In this document: piece by piece, positions 48,771 through 61,159 of the stretch
Layout of the letters: each line of letters starts with the position of its first letter
Numbering within the stretch: position 1 is the first letter of the stretch
Assembly (NCBI GenBank): GCA_963760795.1
Contig: CAVXEP010000028.1
Span: 1 to 64,000, forward strand
Reading direction: 5' to 3'
From: an uncultured delta proteobacterium
Lineage (GTDB): Bacteria; Desulfobacterota; Binatia; UBA9968
DNA: 64,000 bases
Notes under the pieces: model-generated
What the model saw: the letters and a program-made list of their open reading frames with translations, nothing else
The model's database searches: none
What the model was told of the DNA's origin: nothing
Position numbers and translations under genes: made by a program

Positions 48771-49919
48771 CTAATTAACGTAAGCCGATGCAACCTCGCG
48801 GGCCCAGCGGTCGATATCGATGACGTCGTCGACGTTCTTGGCGTGCGTAGTTTGATGCCGCTGCATGGTTCGATCAATTATACGATGAATTTCGCGAAAT
48901 CCTATCCTACCTGCCAAAAAAGCCGCCACCGCCACCTCGTTGGCTGCGTTAAGCACCGCGGGCATGGTGCCGCCCTCAATTAACGCTGCGTAGGCTAACG
49001 CGAGAGCGGGAAAGCGTTTTTTCTCCACTGGTAGGAAGTTAAGCTCGCCATGCTTGGTCAAATCAAGCGGCTCCCAACTGCCCTTGAGACGGTGCGGATA
49101 GGCCAACGCATACGCGATCGGTATGCGCATGTCGGCAATGCCCAATTGCGCCATGATCGCGCCGTCTTGATAACGCACCATTGAATGGACAACGCTCTGC
49201 GGGTGGATCACCACTTGAATACCGCTCGGTTCCATGTCGAATTCCCAGCGCGCCTCGACGACTTCCAATCCTTTGTTCATCATCGTAGCCGAATCGATGG
49301 TAATCTTCCGGCCCATTTTCCAGTTGGGATGCTTGAGCGCCTGGTTGATTGAGACCTTTGCCAAACGATTGAGCGGTGTGCGCAGGAACGGCCCGCCCGA
49401 CGCGGTCAAGATGAGCCTGTCGACGTCGCTGCGCTGGTTCCCTTGCAAGCACTGAAAGATCGCGCTGTGCTCGCTATCCACCGGCAAAAGCCGCACGCCC
49501 TTTTTCTTGGCCGCCATGACAAACAACTCGCCGGCCATGACCAACGCTTCCTTGTTGGCTAGAGCGATTTCTTTACCGGCTATTAAACCCTGTAGCGTCG
49601 GCATAAGCCCAGCAGCGCCAACGATCGCCGCTAATACAACGTCTACTTTAGATAGGGTGGCCACGACGATGGCCCCGGCTTGGCCGGATAAGATTTCAAC
49701 TTTATGCTTGCCCAACAATTTGCGCAGCGGCGCGATATCTTCCTCGCGCTCGATGGCTACAACTGCCGGGGAAAATTCTATTATTTGCCGGGCCAGCAAT
49801 GGCATATTGCGGCCCGCCACCATGCCATGGACTTTGAAGCGCTCGGGAAATTCACGGACCAGCGCCAGGGTGCTAACGCCGATTGATCCAGTGGAACCCA
49901 ACAGGGCGATTGTTCTCAT
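48771..49919 (-). CDS. dxr: 1-deoxy-D-xylulose-5-phosphate reductoisomerase
   Basis: LGSTGSIG, LANKE, PVDSEHSA, HPNWKMG, NKGLE, NAANE. Confidence 0.96.
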   Translation of the reverse strand: MRTIALLGSTGSIGVSTLALVREFPERFKVHGMVAGRNMPLLARQIIEFSPAVVAIEREEDIAPLRKLLGKHKVEILSGQAGAIVVATLSKVDVVLAAIVGAAGLMPTLQGLIAGKEIALANKEALVMAGELFVMAAKKKGVRLLPVDSEHSAIFQCLQGNQRSDVDRLILTASGGPFLRTPLNRLAKVSINQALKHPNWKMGRKITIDSATMMNKGLEVVEARWEFDMEPSGIQVVIHPQSVVHSMVRYQDGAIMAQLGIADMRIPIAYALAYPHRLKGSWEPLDLTKHGELNFLPVEKKRFPALALAYAALIEGGTMPAVLNAANEVAVAAFLAGRIGFREIHRIIDRTMQRHQTTHAKNVDDVIDIDRWAREVASAYVN

Positions 49920-50722
49920 GGATGAATGACCTTTAAATAAAATGTTGCGAAGACTACCGGAAAAATCAAACTATCGAGCCGATCCAAAACCCCGCCATGG
50001 CCAGGCAATAACTCACCGGAATCCTTGACGGCGAACGCGCGCTTGATCAAAGACTCAAAAAGATCGCCGATCTGGCCTAGGACACTGAGGACTAGCGAGA
50101 GCATGACGATTTCCAAGATTCCCGCGGGCAACGATAGTACCGCCATGGCGCCCAGACCGACGACGATGCTGCCGATCATATAGGCGACCGAGCCTTCGAC
50201 CGTTTTGCTCGGACTGAGCTGTGGCGCCAGCTTCCGCTGGCCAAAATGCTTGCCGATGAAATAGGCCGAGGAATCGCCAGCCATGATGACCACCAACACA
50301 AAGGCCACCCAGGCCCGGCCATCTTTAAGCTGAAACAACAGGGTCAACTGCGGGACGAGAAAGCCGATGTACAACCCACCGAGCAATGTCCAACTCAACC
50401 GGTTGAAGCACTCCGTGAGCGACCCGCCTGACCATAACACGCTAGAGAATAGTAATATCAAGAGCAGACTAAGCCCAAATGCCGTTGCCGACGCGGGAAC
50501 TACCATGACGGTCAGACCGATGGCACTACCGAATAGAATACCGCCCCACTGCCGCCCGGGATCGCCGGGACAGATCATCGCGAAGTACTCTTGCAATGCA
50601 GCAACGGTAAGCACAAAAAAGGTTAGCGAAAAGAGCCACGGCGCGCCCCAGCCAACCAACCAGCCCAAAAGCGGCAGCCCCACAGCGGCGGTGGCAATCC
50701 GCGCTTTAAGATTTCGGTCCAC
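49916..50722 (-). CDS. cdsA: phosphatidate cytidylyltransferase
   Basis: SPSKTVEG, GDLFESLIKR..KDSG..PGHGGVLDRLD; GTG start near 50722. Confidence 0.93.
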   Translation of the reverse strand: MDRNLKARIATAAVGLPLLGWLVGWGAPWLFSLTFFVLTVAALQEYFAMICPGDPGRQWGGILFGSAIGLTVMVVPASATAFGLSLLLILLFSSVLWSGGSLTECFNRLSWTLLGGLYIGFLVPQLTLLFQLKDGRAWVAFVLVVIMAGDSSAYFIGKHFGQRKLAPQLSPSKTVEGSVAYMIGSIVVGLGAMAVLSLPAGILEIVMLSLVLSVLGQIGDLFESLIKRAFAVKDSGELLPGHGGVLDRLDSLIFPVVFATFYLKVIHP

Positions 50723-51485
50723 CCGCCTCCAACATGGCCATCGGGTTTTGCGCCAGTTGTTCATCGGTGCGGCCAAAACGGCGGCGCCGCCGTTGATAAT
50801 CGAGCAGCGCCTGGAGATATTCTTTCTCGCGAAAATCCGGCCACAGTGTCGGTGTGATATAAAGCTCGCTGTAGGCGATCTGCCACAGAAAAAAATTGCT
50901 GATACGCATCTCGCCGCTAGTGCGAATCAAGAGATCGGGATCGGGCACCCCCGCGGTGTCGAGCTGGGAGGAAATCCACTGCTCAGTGATAGCCTCCGGT
51001 TCACACTGCCCGGCTTTCACCTGCTGCGCCAAGTTTCTTGCCATACGCACGATATCGTCCCGGCCGCTGTAACTGAGTGCCAGGACGACAGTCATGCGCT
51101 GGTTGTTCGCCGTGGTTGCAATGACACTCTCCAGGGTGCACCGCACGCCAGCGGGCAACCGGCTGCGGTCGCCCACGGTTAGCAGGCGAATGCCATAACG
51201 CATCATCTTGGCCTGCTCCGCCACGAGATAATGTTCCAGCAACCCCATCAAGGCCTCGACCTCGTCGTCGGGACGAAACCAGTTTTCGGTGGAAAAAGCG
51301 TAGAGGGAAAGGTAGCGGATGCCGATCTTTCGGCTCATCTCGACAATGACGCGCACCGAGGTTTTACCGCGCCGATGTCCTTCAATGCGATGCTTATGCC
51401 GTTGGGTTGCCCAGCGCCCGTTGCCGTCCATGATGATGGCGACATGTTGCGGCAAACGGCTCTTATCGAGACCGTCTAACTCCAC
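50706..51485 (-). CDS. uppS: isoprenyl transferase (undecaprenyl diphosphate synthase)
   Basis: HVAIIMDGNGRWA, AFSTENW, IRTSGEMRISNF. Confidence 0.96.
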   Translation of the reverse strand: MELDGLDKSRLPQHVAIIMDGNGRWATQRHKHRIEGHRRGKTSVRVIVEMSRKIGIRYLSLYAFSTENWFRPDDEVEALMGLLEHYLVAEQAKMMRYGIRLLTVGDRSRLPAGVRCTLESVIATTANNQRMTVVLALSYSGRDDIVRMARNLAQQVKAGQCEPEAITEQWISSQLDTAGVPDPDLLIRTSGEMRISNFFLWQIAYSELYITPTLWPDFREKEYLQALLDYQRRRRRFGRTDEQLAQNPMAMLEAGGPKS

Positions 51486-51590
51486 GGCAACCTGCCTAGA
51501 TAAGCGTTCATCGGTAAATGAGAAAAGTATCGTCGAGAGGGTGACGTCGGATAGGGCACAAGGAAGGCAAGGAAAAATTGCGACGTCGGG

Positions 51591-52888
<1,298 letters not shown>

Positions 52889-52895
52889 CTACGCG

Positions 52896-53504
52896 CTAGT
52901 CCTTCGCCACCCCTTCGCCAAGGTGATAACGGGCAAAGCGGCGCACCTGAATATTCTCACCCAGCCGCGCGATCGCATCGTTGACGACATCGATGACTTT
53001 CTTGTCGGGATCTTTAACAAACGACTGTTCCAGCAAGCAGGCTTCGGAGTAAAACTTCTCCATTTTGCCCTGGACAATCATCTCGACGACTTTTTCCGGC
53101 TTGCCGGACTCTAGCGCTTGTTGGCGATAGATAGCCTTTTCGCGCTCGAATTCGTCGGCTGAGACTTCCTCACGGCGGACGCAACGCGGATTGGTCGCCG
53201 CGACTTGCATGGCGACATCCTTCAGCAAACTTTGGAATTCCGCGGTTCGCGCGACGAAATCGGTCTCGCAATTGATTTCGACCAAGACGCCAAGCTTGCC
53301 GCCGGCATGGACATAAGCGCCAATGGCGCCATCTGTAGCCAGGCGATCGGCTTTCTTTGCCGCCGCGGCCAACCCCTTTTGACGCAAATAATCGACCGCC
53401 TTTGGCAAATCCCCAGAGGTCTCGGCAAGCGCTTTTTTACAATCCATCATCCCGGCTCCGGTTTTTTCCCGAAGCTCTTTGACTAAACTCGCTGTCACTT
53501 CCAT
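52896..53504 (-). CDS. tsf: elongation factor Ts (short form)
   Basis: VKELREKTGAGMMDCKKAL, EINCETDFVA. Confidence 0.96.
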   Translation of the reverse strand: MEVTASLVKELREKTGAGMMDCKKALAETSGDLPKAVDYLRQKGLAAAAKKADRLATDGAIGAYVHAGGKLGVLVEINCETDFVARTAEFQSLLKDVAMQVAATNPRCVRREEVSADEFEREKAIYRQQALESGKPEKVVEMIVQGKMEKFYSEACLLEQSFVKDPDKKVIDVVNDAIARLGENIQVRRFARYHLGEGVAKD

Positions 53505-53509
53505 GTCGC

Positions 53510-54286
53510 CTAAACTCCTCCGACCGCGCTTTCCATCGTCACCGCGGCGCCATCACCCGCCTGCCGGTCATCAACCTTATCCTTCACCAAGGACTGCTCG
53601 TACATCGTTCGCCCTTCAATCACCGCCTCGGCGATCGCCGAGCAGAACAATCGAATCGCCCGGATCGCGTCGTCATTGCCGGGCACCTTGTAATCGATCA
53701 TATCTGGATCGCAATTACTGTCGATCACCGCGATCACCGGGACACCGAGCTTACGTGCCTCTTTGACGGCGATTTCTTCTTGTTTCGGATCGATGACAAA
53801 AATGGCGTCGGGCAGCTTCTTCATCGCCTTGATTCCACCCAGCGATTGCTCCAGCTTGTCCTTTTCGCGGCTCAGACCGAGCATTTCTTTCTTGGTTAGC
53901 GCATCGACGACCTTAGGATCATTCTCCATCTCCTCGATCTTGCGCAATCGTTCGATGCTCTGGCGAATCGTCGTAAAGTTGGTTAGCGTACCGCCGAGCC
54001 AGCGGTTGTGGACATAGTACATGCCGCAGCGGGTCGCTTCTTCGCGGATCGCATCCTGGGCTTGCTTCTTGGTGCCGACAAACAGCACATGGCCGCCGGA
54101 AGCCGCCAAGTCACGCACCACCGCTTCGAGATCCTTGAACATCGACACCGTCTGCTGCAGATCGATGATGTGAATGCCATTACGCGCACCGAAGATGTAA
54201 GGCTTCATCTTCGGGTTCCACCGGCTGGTCTGGTGCCCGAAATGGACACCTGCCTCCAGCAACTGTTTCATAGTAATCTCTGCCAT
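53510..54286 (-). CDS. rpsB: 30S ribosomal protein S2
   Basis: [28 protein letters not shown]; ATG 54286. Confidence 0.97.
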   Translation of the reverse strand: MAEITMKQLLEAGVHFGHQTSRWNPKMKPYIFGARNGIHIIDLQQTVSMFKDLEAVVRDLAASGGHVLFVGTKKQAQDAIREEATRCGMYYVHNRWLGGTLTNFTTIRQSIERLRKIEEMENDPKVVDALTKKEMLGLSREKDKLEQSLGGIKAMKKLPDAIFVIDPKQEEIAVKEARKLGVPVIAVIDSNCDPDMIDYKVPGNDDAIRAIRLFCSAIAEAVIEGRTMYEQSLVKDKVDDRQAGDGAAVTMESAVGGV

Positions 54287-54289
54287 ACT

Positions 54290-54380
54290 GCTCCTTCGTG
54301 GTTTTCCCTCCCCTCGCGTCTTTTCGCCACCGCACCTAGTCTTAGGCACCGCGATAACGATCGGCGAGGGTGTGTATTGA
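54290..54380 (-). promoter_or_regulatory. putative rpsB (S2) autoregulatory leader RNA
   Basis: ACACAC-CCTCGC...GGTGC...GCGAGGG-GAGG-GAAAACC matches the general architecture of rpsB leaders. Confidence 0.55.
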
Positions 54381-54515
54381 AATTGATAAAACCTTCGGAA
54401 CGTTGCCGGGCGGTCAACCCTTCAAAATCCCAAGGACGAAACTAATGACGACGTTGCTCCGGGTTTTAACAGAGAACGCCATTTGACGCAAGTTTGGCGA
54501 CTGGCGCGATGGCCC

Positions 54516-55841
54516 TTATTGATTCATCGAATCGAGAAAATCCTTGTTAGTCTTGCTGCCATGCATTTTATCGAGCAGGAATTCCATCGATTCGACGACG
54601 CTCAACTGCGACAAGACTTTGCGCAATATCCAGATGCGATTGAGATCCTCTCGCGGAATCAGCAATTCCTCTTTGCGAGTTCCAGACTTATTGATGTCGA
54701 TGGCCGGGAACACCCGCTTATCCATCAAGCGCCGGTCCAAATGGACTTCCATATTGCCGGTGCCTTTGAATTCTTCAAAGATCACTTCATCCATACGGCT
54801 GCCGGTATCGATCAAGGCCGTGGCGATGATCGTTAAACTACCACCGTCTTCGATATTACGGGCGGCACCGAAGAATTTCTTGGGTTTATGCAGCGCATTC
54901 GAGTCGACACCGCCGGAGAGAATCTTGCCGCTCGGCGGCACGACGGTGTTATAGGCACGCGCCAAGCGGGTGATACTATCGAGCAAGATCACCACGTCTT
55001 TGCCATGCTCAACCAAGCGCTTGGCTTTCTCGATCACCATCTCAGCCACTTGCACATGGCGCGTCGCCGGCTCGTCGAAGGTCGAGCTGATCACCTCACC
55101 GTTGACGGATCGCTGCATGTCGGTGACCTCTTCCGGCCGCTCGTCGATCAACAGGACGATCAACACCACCTCTGGATGATTATGCGCTATCGCTTTGGCG
55201 ATATGCTGTAACATCATGGTTTTGCCGGTACGCGGCGCGGCCACGATTAAACCACGTTGACCCTTACCGATAGGCACCAACAAATCGACAATTCGGGTAG
55301 TGTAGTCGGTAGGCTGATTTTCTAAACACAAACGCTCGTTGGGATAAAGCGGCGTCAGGTTGTCGAAAAGAATCTTTTCCCGCGCGCGTTCAGGATCTTC
55401 GTAATTGATCGTCTCGACCTTGAGTAGGGCGAAATAACGTTCGCCTTCCTTGGGCGGCCGAATATGACCGGAAATAATATCGCCAGTGCGCAAGCTGAAG
55501 CGACGAATCTGGCTGGGTGAAACATAGATATCGTCCGGTCCGGGCAGATAGTTATAATCGGGGGCGCGCAGAAAGCCGAAACCATCGGGTAGTGTTTCCA
55601 ATACTCCCTCGCCATAAACATGACCGTTTTGCTCAGTCTGCGCCTGCAGGATCGCAAAGATCAGATCCTGTTTGCGCATGTTGGCGGCGCCCTCAATATT
55701 AAAGGTTTTGCCGATCAGCGCTAAGTCGCCGATCTTTTTTTCCTTGAGGGCCTTGAGATTCAACCCATTATCTTTGACGACTTCTTTGACCACCTCTTCG
55801 ACGGTCTCCGGCTCGGCGGATCGAGTTCTACCACGAACCAT
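54516..55841 (-). CDS. rho: transcription termination factor Rho
   Basis: [43 protein letters not shown]. Confidence 0.97.
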   Translation of the reverse strand: MVRGRTRSAEPETVEEVVKEVVKDNGLNLKALKEKKIGDLALIGKTFNIEGAANMRKQDLIFAILQAQTEQNGHVYGEGVLETLPDGFGFLRAPDYNYLPGPDDIYVSPSQIRRFSLRTGDIISGHIRPPKEGERYFALLKVETINYEDPERAREKILFDNLTPLYPNERLCLENQPTDYTTRIVDLLVPIGKGQRGLIVAAPRTGKTMMLQHIAKAIAHNHPEVVLIVLLIDERPEEVTDMQRSVNGEVISSTFDEPATRHVQVAEMVIEKAKRLVEHGKDVVILLDSITRLARAYNTVVPPSGKILSGGVDSNALHKPKKFFGAARNIEDGGSLTIIATALIDTGSRMDEVIFEEFKGTGNMEVHLDRRLMDKRVFPAIDINKSGTRKEELLIPREDLNRIWILRKVLSQLSVVESMEFLLDKMHGSKTNKDFLDSMNQ

Positions 55842-56155
55842 ACACTATGCCTCTCCTTTCAACACTCAAAGCTATAATCCACTTTTGACGCAGTCAGGTC
55901 TAAAACACTCATTTGCTGGGATATTCAAGCACCGATGACGCCAGCGCCCCGCACTAAACTTCAATGACAACGAGTTGACGTTGGCGCCGGGCGCAACTGC
56001 ACACGCAAGTGCGTCCGTGGGACAAACTACTAAACGCAGACAAGAATCTCTTTTTTGAAGAACAAAATAAGCTCTGATCGATTAACTGCGAATGAAAATT
56101 TAATTTGGCGCGGGGACGATCAAAAAGAGTTACTGAACTAATCCTCGGTGAACTA

Positions 56156-56184
56156 ATAATATTTTAAACTCTGAATCTTGTCAA
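56156..56184 (-). promoter_or_regulatory. sigma70-like promoter for rho
   Basis: TTGACA-N17-TATTAT overlapping the rluD stop; implies a leader of about 310 nt. Confidence 0.65.
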
Positions 56185-57228
56185 CCCCATAGGCCGCGAA
56201 GATTTCGCCCGGATCGATTCACTGGCCACCGTGTGGCTTTTGAGCATTTCAATCAAGCTCACCATGTCATCGGCTAGAGGCGCGCGAAACTCCAGCCGCG
56301 CACCACTGCGCACATGATCGAAGCTCAATTTCTCTGCGTGAAGCGCATGGCGCGAGAAGCCATCGACTCCCGCCCCGAATAACTCATTTTGCGGCGCCAC
56401 AGCCCGACGGCGATCGTAGACTTGATCGCCAACCAAAGGATGGCCAAGATCGGCGAGGTGGACGCGGATCTGATGCGTGCGACCGGTCCGTGGAATAAGT
56501 CGGATCAAACAGTACCAAGAGACAATCCGGGCCGCCATCGGCACGGCGTATCGACTTTCAACGATCCACTGAGTCGTAGCGTCACGGCTCTTGCCGAGGA
56601 CGCGTAGACTTGACATCCGTTTCCGATCGCTGCGATGGCGGCCGATGGCACGGTCGATCTCGCCCCGCTCCCCCGCCATGCGCCCATGCACCAGCGCGAC
56701 ATATTCTTTGCGTACCGTGCGACCCTTGAATTGTTCCACCAAGCTACGCATCGCCAAATCGTTTTTGGCGACCACCATCACACCCGACGTGTCTTTGTCC
56801 AGGCGATGCACGATCCCCGGCCGTCGTTCACCGCCGATACCGGCGATGGCCGGGCAGTGGTGCAAGATCGCGTTGACCAATGTGCCACTAGTACGCCCTG
56901 CCGCGGGGTGAACAACCATACCCGCGGCTTTATGAATCACGATAATATCTTGATCTTCATAGAGGACGGTCAGAGGCAAATCCTCAGCGATCAAACCGAT
57001 CTCACGCACCGCCGGTAGTTGAATCTCGATAAGGTCAGCCAATTTCACCCTGACACTAGACTTCACACGCCCACCGTTGACGATCACGTGACCGGCATCG
57101 ATAAGCTTTTGCACCCCGGTGCGGCTCATCGCCTCCGCAGCTTCCGGCGCGGCACAATGGCGCGCGACGAACACATCCAAGCGCATGCCTGCAGTACCAA
57201 CGTCCACCGTAAATCGTTCGGATCCCAT
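56164..57228 (-). CDS. rluD: RluA/RluD family pseudouridine synthase
   Basis: S4-like N-terminus, RPGIVHRLDKDTSG, TGRTHQIRVH. Confidence 0.9.
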   Translation of the reverse strand: MGSERFTVDVGTAGMRLDVFVARHCAAPEAAEAMSRTGVQKLIDAGHVIVNGGRVKSSVRVKLADLIEIQLPAVREIGLIAEDLPLTVLYEDQDIIVIHKAAGMVVHPAAGRTSGTLVNAILHHCPAIAGIGGERRPGIVHRLDKDTSGVMVVAKNDLAMRSLVEQFKGRTVRKEYVALVHGRMAGERGEIDRAIGRHRSDRKRMSSLRVLGKSRDATTQWIVESRYAVPMAARIVSWYCLIRLIPRTGRTHQIRVHLADLGHPLVGDQVYDRRRAVAPQNELFGAGVDGFSRHALHAEKLSFDHVRSGARLEFRAPLADDMVSLIEMLKSHTVASESIRAKSSRPMGLTRFRV

Positions 57229-57230
57229 GT

Positions 57231-58193
57231 TTAAGATTTCTCGTCAATCGACGTCGTCGACGCAAAACCCCGACGCGCAAGGACCCTCTCCGCGTCCGCT
57301 ACATCTAGATGGATCTGCGCGGTCAACGATGCCACAGAGGCGAAGTTCATTTCGTCGCGTAGCCGGGCGACGAACGCTAGCTTCACCGACTCGCCATAAA
57401 TTTCCCTATCAAAATTCAATACATAACTCTCAACGGTGCGCGGCCCGGCACCGAAGGTTGGATTAAGCCCCACACTGGTAACGCTAGGCAGAGATTTCCC
57501 GCCAAGGTGAAACAAGGTCGCGTAAATACCGTCACGCGGGATAATCTCCGCCCGGCTGGCGATATTGGCCGTGGGAAAACCGATCTCGCGGCCGCGCCGG
57601 TGACCGGACACGACCTTGCCGGAAACGAAATAATATCTCGCCAACATCGGCTGCACCGCGGCGACTTCGCCGGCGCTGAGTAGTTCGCGAATCCGTGAAC
57701 TACTCACGCGCTCGCCAGCCACCATGACCGGATCGACAATGCCCACTTCGTAACCCAACTGCGGACCCCAAGCGCGCAAATTCTCGATATCGCCGCCGCG
57801 TCCCTTGCCAAAGCGTAGATCCTTACCGACCCAAACTTTCTTGGCGCGCAGCCGGTCGCGCAAATACTTGTGCACGAAGTCCTCGGCGGGAATGGCGGAA
57901 AAGTCACGATCGAACTGTTGAATCACCACGTAATCGACACCGAGCGCTTGCAGCAACTGCATCTTGTCCTTATGAGTAAGCAGCATCTTAGGCGCCCGCT
58001 CGGGAGCGAGCACACGCAGTGGATGGGGCTCGAAAGTTAACACCGCGGAGCACACTCCCAGCCGCCTGGCATCGTCAACCGTATTCTTGATGAGTTCCTG
58101 ATGCCCCAAGTGAATGCCATCGAAGTTGCCCAAAGTCACGCTGGCGCCCTCGAAGGCGAGCGCGGGATCGTCGATGTGACGGATTATCTGCAT
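57231..58193 (-). CDS. ribF: bifunctional riboflavin kinase/FAD synthetase
   Basis: GNFDGIHLGH, TFEPHP, SSSRIR, GFPTAN. Confidence 0.95.
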   Translation of the reverse strand: MQIIRHIDDPALAFEGASVTLGNFDGIHLGHQELIKNTVDDARRLGVCSAVLTFEPHPLRVLAPERAPKMLLTHKDKMQLLQALGVDYVVIQQFDRDFSAIPAEDFVHKYLRDRLRAKKVWVGKDLRFGKGRGGDIENLRAWGPQLGYEVGIVDPVMVAGERVSSSRIRELLSAGEVAAVQPMLARYYFVSGKVVSGHRRGREIGFPTANIASRAEIIPRDGIYATLFHLGGKSLPSVTSVGLNPTFGAGPRTVESYVLNFDREIYGESVKLAFVARLRDEMNFASVASLTAQIHLDVADAERVLARRGFASTTSIDEKS

Positions 58194-58296
58194 GGTAAAC
58201 CGTACAATAGCACCGAACCACCCTGGGAGTCACACAGGGCGCCAAGTTGGCGCGTATGGCCGGCGGTACTTCGCTGCGCTACACGGATGATCAGGG

Positions 58297-59181
58297 TCAG
58301 GACTCGAGGGATTTGAGTTTTTGCTTGGCCATGAGCGCTTCAGGAGATTGGGAATACTTTTCGACGACATCTTGCAGCACCAAACGGGCGTTTAATTTTT
58401 CACCGAGCTCGGCAAAGGCAAAGCCCTGCCGCAACAGCGCTGCCGGAACTTTCTCCGATTGCGGGTAACGGCGCCGCACCTCATCCAACTCAACAATCGC
58501 CTTGTCGTACTCCTTGAGACCATAGTGGCATTCACCGAGCCAATATTGCGCGTTCGCCGCGATCCGGCTCTTGGGATATTTTTTCACGAACTCGCGAAAC
58601 CGGCCGGCCGCCGCGCGAAAATCTTTGCGGTCGAACAGACGCCAGCTGCTTTCGAAGTCTCGTCGCGCCCCATCCGACTCCCCTAGCGCGGCTTCGGCAT
58701 AGCCATCCGGCGCGTTTGCTGGAGCGGCTTGCGCGGTTTGCGCGGTTTCTTTCAATTGCTTGATCTCGGCTTCGCGAATCTTCAAAATCTCTGCCTGGGC
58801 TTTAGCATCTTCTTCAAGTTTGAGCAGACGAGCATCTAAATTCTTAACCCGCTGATCGCCATCTCGGCTGGTTTGGCCGATTTCCCGTCCGACTTGCACT
58901 CGGGTTTCATCGATGCGCTCGCGAATCGCGCTGATATCGCGTTGCATCTGCTGCAAGTTGGCCCGGGTATCGGCCAAACTTGTTCGCACCGCATCGATAT
59001 CGGACTGCATCGTACCGATATTCGACTGTATCGAACCGACATCGCCACGCAGCCGCCGTTGGTCGCGTTCGAGCAGATCCACCTGCTGCGGGTTCACACA
59101 GCCGGATGTAACCGCCAAAGCGGTCAAGACAAATAGAATCTGAAATTTATTATTTAACAATGGAGCCATCCTCATAGCCAT
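58297..59181 (-). CDS. cpoB: Tol-Pal system protein CpoB/YbgF (lipoprotein)
   Basis: Lipobox VTSGC, coiled coil, TPR NAQYWLGE; follows pal. Confidence 0.88.
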   Translation of the reverse strand: MAMRMAPLLNNKFQILFVLTALAVTSGCVNPQQVDLLERDQRRLRGDVGSIQSNIGTMQSDIDAVRTSLADTRANLQQMQRDISAIRERIDETRVQVGREIGQTSRDGDQRVKNLDARLLKLEEDAKAQAEILKIREAEIKQLKETAQTAQAAPANAPDGYAEAALGESDGARRDFESSWRLFDRKDFRAAAGRFREFVKKYPKSRIAANAQYWLGECHYGLKEYDKAIVELDEVRRRYPQSEKVPAALLRQGFAFAELGEKLNARLVLQDVVEKYSQSPEALMAKQKLKSLES

Positions 59182-59184
59182 CGA

Positions 59185-59790
59185 TCAAGAAGTGGTGCGC
59201 CGCTCGACGATCACAAAGCGCGCCCGGCGATTTTGCCGCCAACAGCCTTCCGAGCTCTCTTGGCATACCGGGATTTCCTCACCATAGCTGGTAGTCGTCA
59301 AACGATCCGGCGCTATCCCCAACGACGCCAGGTATTCCCGCGCCGCCTGGGCTCTTTTCGCGCCCAGTGCCAGATTGTAGTCGCTGGTGCCGCGCTCATC
59401 GCAGTGGCCTTCTATCTCAACCCGCACCGATGCATTGCTTTTAAGCCAATCGGCGTTGGCGCGCAAAACGGCGCGCGCGTCAGCGCTGAGATCGTAGCGG
59501 TCGAAATCGAAGAAAGCGTCTTTCAAGGGACTTGAAGCCGGCGTGATCGGCGGCTTGCCCTCTTGCAACGCCTTCAGGCTCGACGGATCCGCGTCCGAAT
59601 CCTTGGTAGCACCGCGCTGACCGTCGCCGGAGCGTACACTGTCGGAGGACTTTGCCGACGCTGAGCCGGTTCCTTTAGACGGCGGATCGGGCTTGGGTGC
59701 CGCCGTCGGTGCACAGCCAAATGCAATTAATCCAAGCAGCAAAACTCCGCAATTCGCAATTCTCCCACGGATTGTCATCAAAACCTCCAT
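59185..59790 (-). CDS. pal: peptidoglycan-associated lipoprotein
   Basis: Lipobox AFGC, FDFDRY, IEGHCDERG..YNLALG, NRRA. Confidence 0.95.
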   Translation of the reverse strand: MEVLMTIRGRIANCGVLLLGLIAFGCAPTAAPKPDPPSKGTGSASAKSSDSVRSGDGQRGATKDSDADPSSLKALQEGKPPITPASSPLKDAFFDFDRYDLSADARAVLRANADWLKSNASVRVEIEGHCDERGTSDYNLALGAKRAQAAREYLASLGIAPDRLTTTSYGEEIPVCQESSEGCWRQNRRARFVIVERRTTS

Positions 59791-59838
59791 CTTGTTGGTC
59801 GAAAACCTTCTTTAGTCATGACAGTTTACTGAAATAAT

Positions 59839-61155
59839 TTAGTCGAGCAGCCGCGGCGACCAGCTCGGTTTGGTGTCGTCACCACCGGAGCCTGTCAGTC
59901 GCCGTTGATTCTCACCGCTCGCTTGCATCACATATAGATGATACTTGCCGGCCCGATTCGATGAGAACGCAACAAATCTGCCATCCGGCGACCAAGTTGG
60001 ATCTTCGCTGTCAGATGCTTCCGACGTGAGTTTGCGTGGATCGCCACCTTCCGCCGCAACCGTAAAAATAGCAAACCTGCTTCCGACCCTACCGGTATAG
60101 ACAATACGGTCTCCCTTGGGAGACCATTCGGGCGATGTGTTGTAACTACCGCTGTAGGTCACGCGCCGGGTCTTGCCACTCTGAAGGTCGATAACAAAAA
60201 TCTGCGGCGAACCGCTACGGTCGGACACAAAAACAACCTGTTTGCCGTCGGGGGACCAAGCCGGCGAGACCTCGATCCCAGGGTCCTCGGTCAGGCGCCG
60301 GATAACGCCACCGTTACGATCGAGCAAATGAAGATTAGTGTTGCCCGCCGACTCATAGGTGGCCACCACCATTTGGCCGTCGGGGGAGAGCTTACCGCCG
60401 AGATACCGGCCCGCGCCGGGAGGACTGAATCTGACTTCTTTGCCGCTGTCGAGATCGCGTAGATAGAGGGTTTGGCCGCGATCCTTGAACGAAGAATACA
60501 GAACGGTTCGGCCATTTGCGCTCCAGGATGGCGAGAGATTGATCGTCCGGTTATCGGTGACTTGAGTCTTCTCGCTACCGTCAAGATGCGACAAGTAAAT
60601 CTCTTTAAAGCGGCCGCCGCTATTGGAGACGTAGGCGATTTGGGTATTGAAGACGCCGGGAATACCAGTGAATTGGTTGATAATCTCGTCGACGAATTTA
60701 TGGGCGATGCGGCGAAATTGGCGCACCCCCCCAGTGTAACGTTTGGCGATGCGCTCTTTACCTTGGTAGACATCGAACAAACGCAGCTCCACGGTGATCT
60801 CATCCCCCTGCACCGAGAACCCGCCTTTGACTAAGCCCTCCGCGCCGAGGGTCGACCAATCTTTAAGATCGAAGGTGCCGAGCGTAATGCCGCTCTTTTG
60901 CGGGCTTTCGATGTAACTCGATCGATCGATTACCCGGAACCAGCCCGAAAGCTCTAAATCATGGACGATGGCATCGGCGATTCCCGTCGAATAGCGGCCG
61001 GAATCAGCGGTCGAGCCGCCGAGATTGCGCAGCGGCGAGACCGCAATGGGAAACTTCTGGCCGCCGGAACCGACGATCTCGCCTTTAAATTGCGCCAAGG
61101 TCGTTTCGATATCGAAACTGACTATGAACGCTATCACCAGGAACAAAACTTTCAT
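59839..61155 (-). CDS. tolB: Tol-Pal beta-propeller TolB
   Basis: Signal peptide, TolB_N, PD40 repeats (SPAWSPDG); ATG 61155. Confidence 0.93.
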   Translation of the reverse strand: MKVLFLVIAFIVSFDIETTLAQFKGEIVGSGGQKFPIAVSPLRNLGGSTADSGRYSTGIADAIVHDLELSGWFRVIDRSSYIESPQKSGITLGTFDLKDWSTLGAEGLVKGGFSVQGDEITVELRLFDVYQGKERIAKRYTGGVRQFRRIAHKFVDEIINQFTGIPGVFNTQIAYVSNSGGRFKEIYLSHLDGSEKTQVTDNRTINLSPSWSANGRTVLYSSFKDRGQTLYLRDLDSGKEVRFSPPGAGRYLGGKLSPDGQMVVATYESAGNTNLHLLDRNGGVIRRLTEDPGIEVSPAWSPDGKQVVFVSDRSGSPQIFVIDLQSGKTRRVTYSGSYNTSPEWSPKGDRIVYTGRVGSRFAIFTVAAEGGDPRKLTSEASDSEDPTWSPDGRFVAFSSNRAGKYHLYVMQASGENQRRLTGSGGDDTKPSWSPRLLD

Positions 61156-61159
61156 CCGA

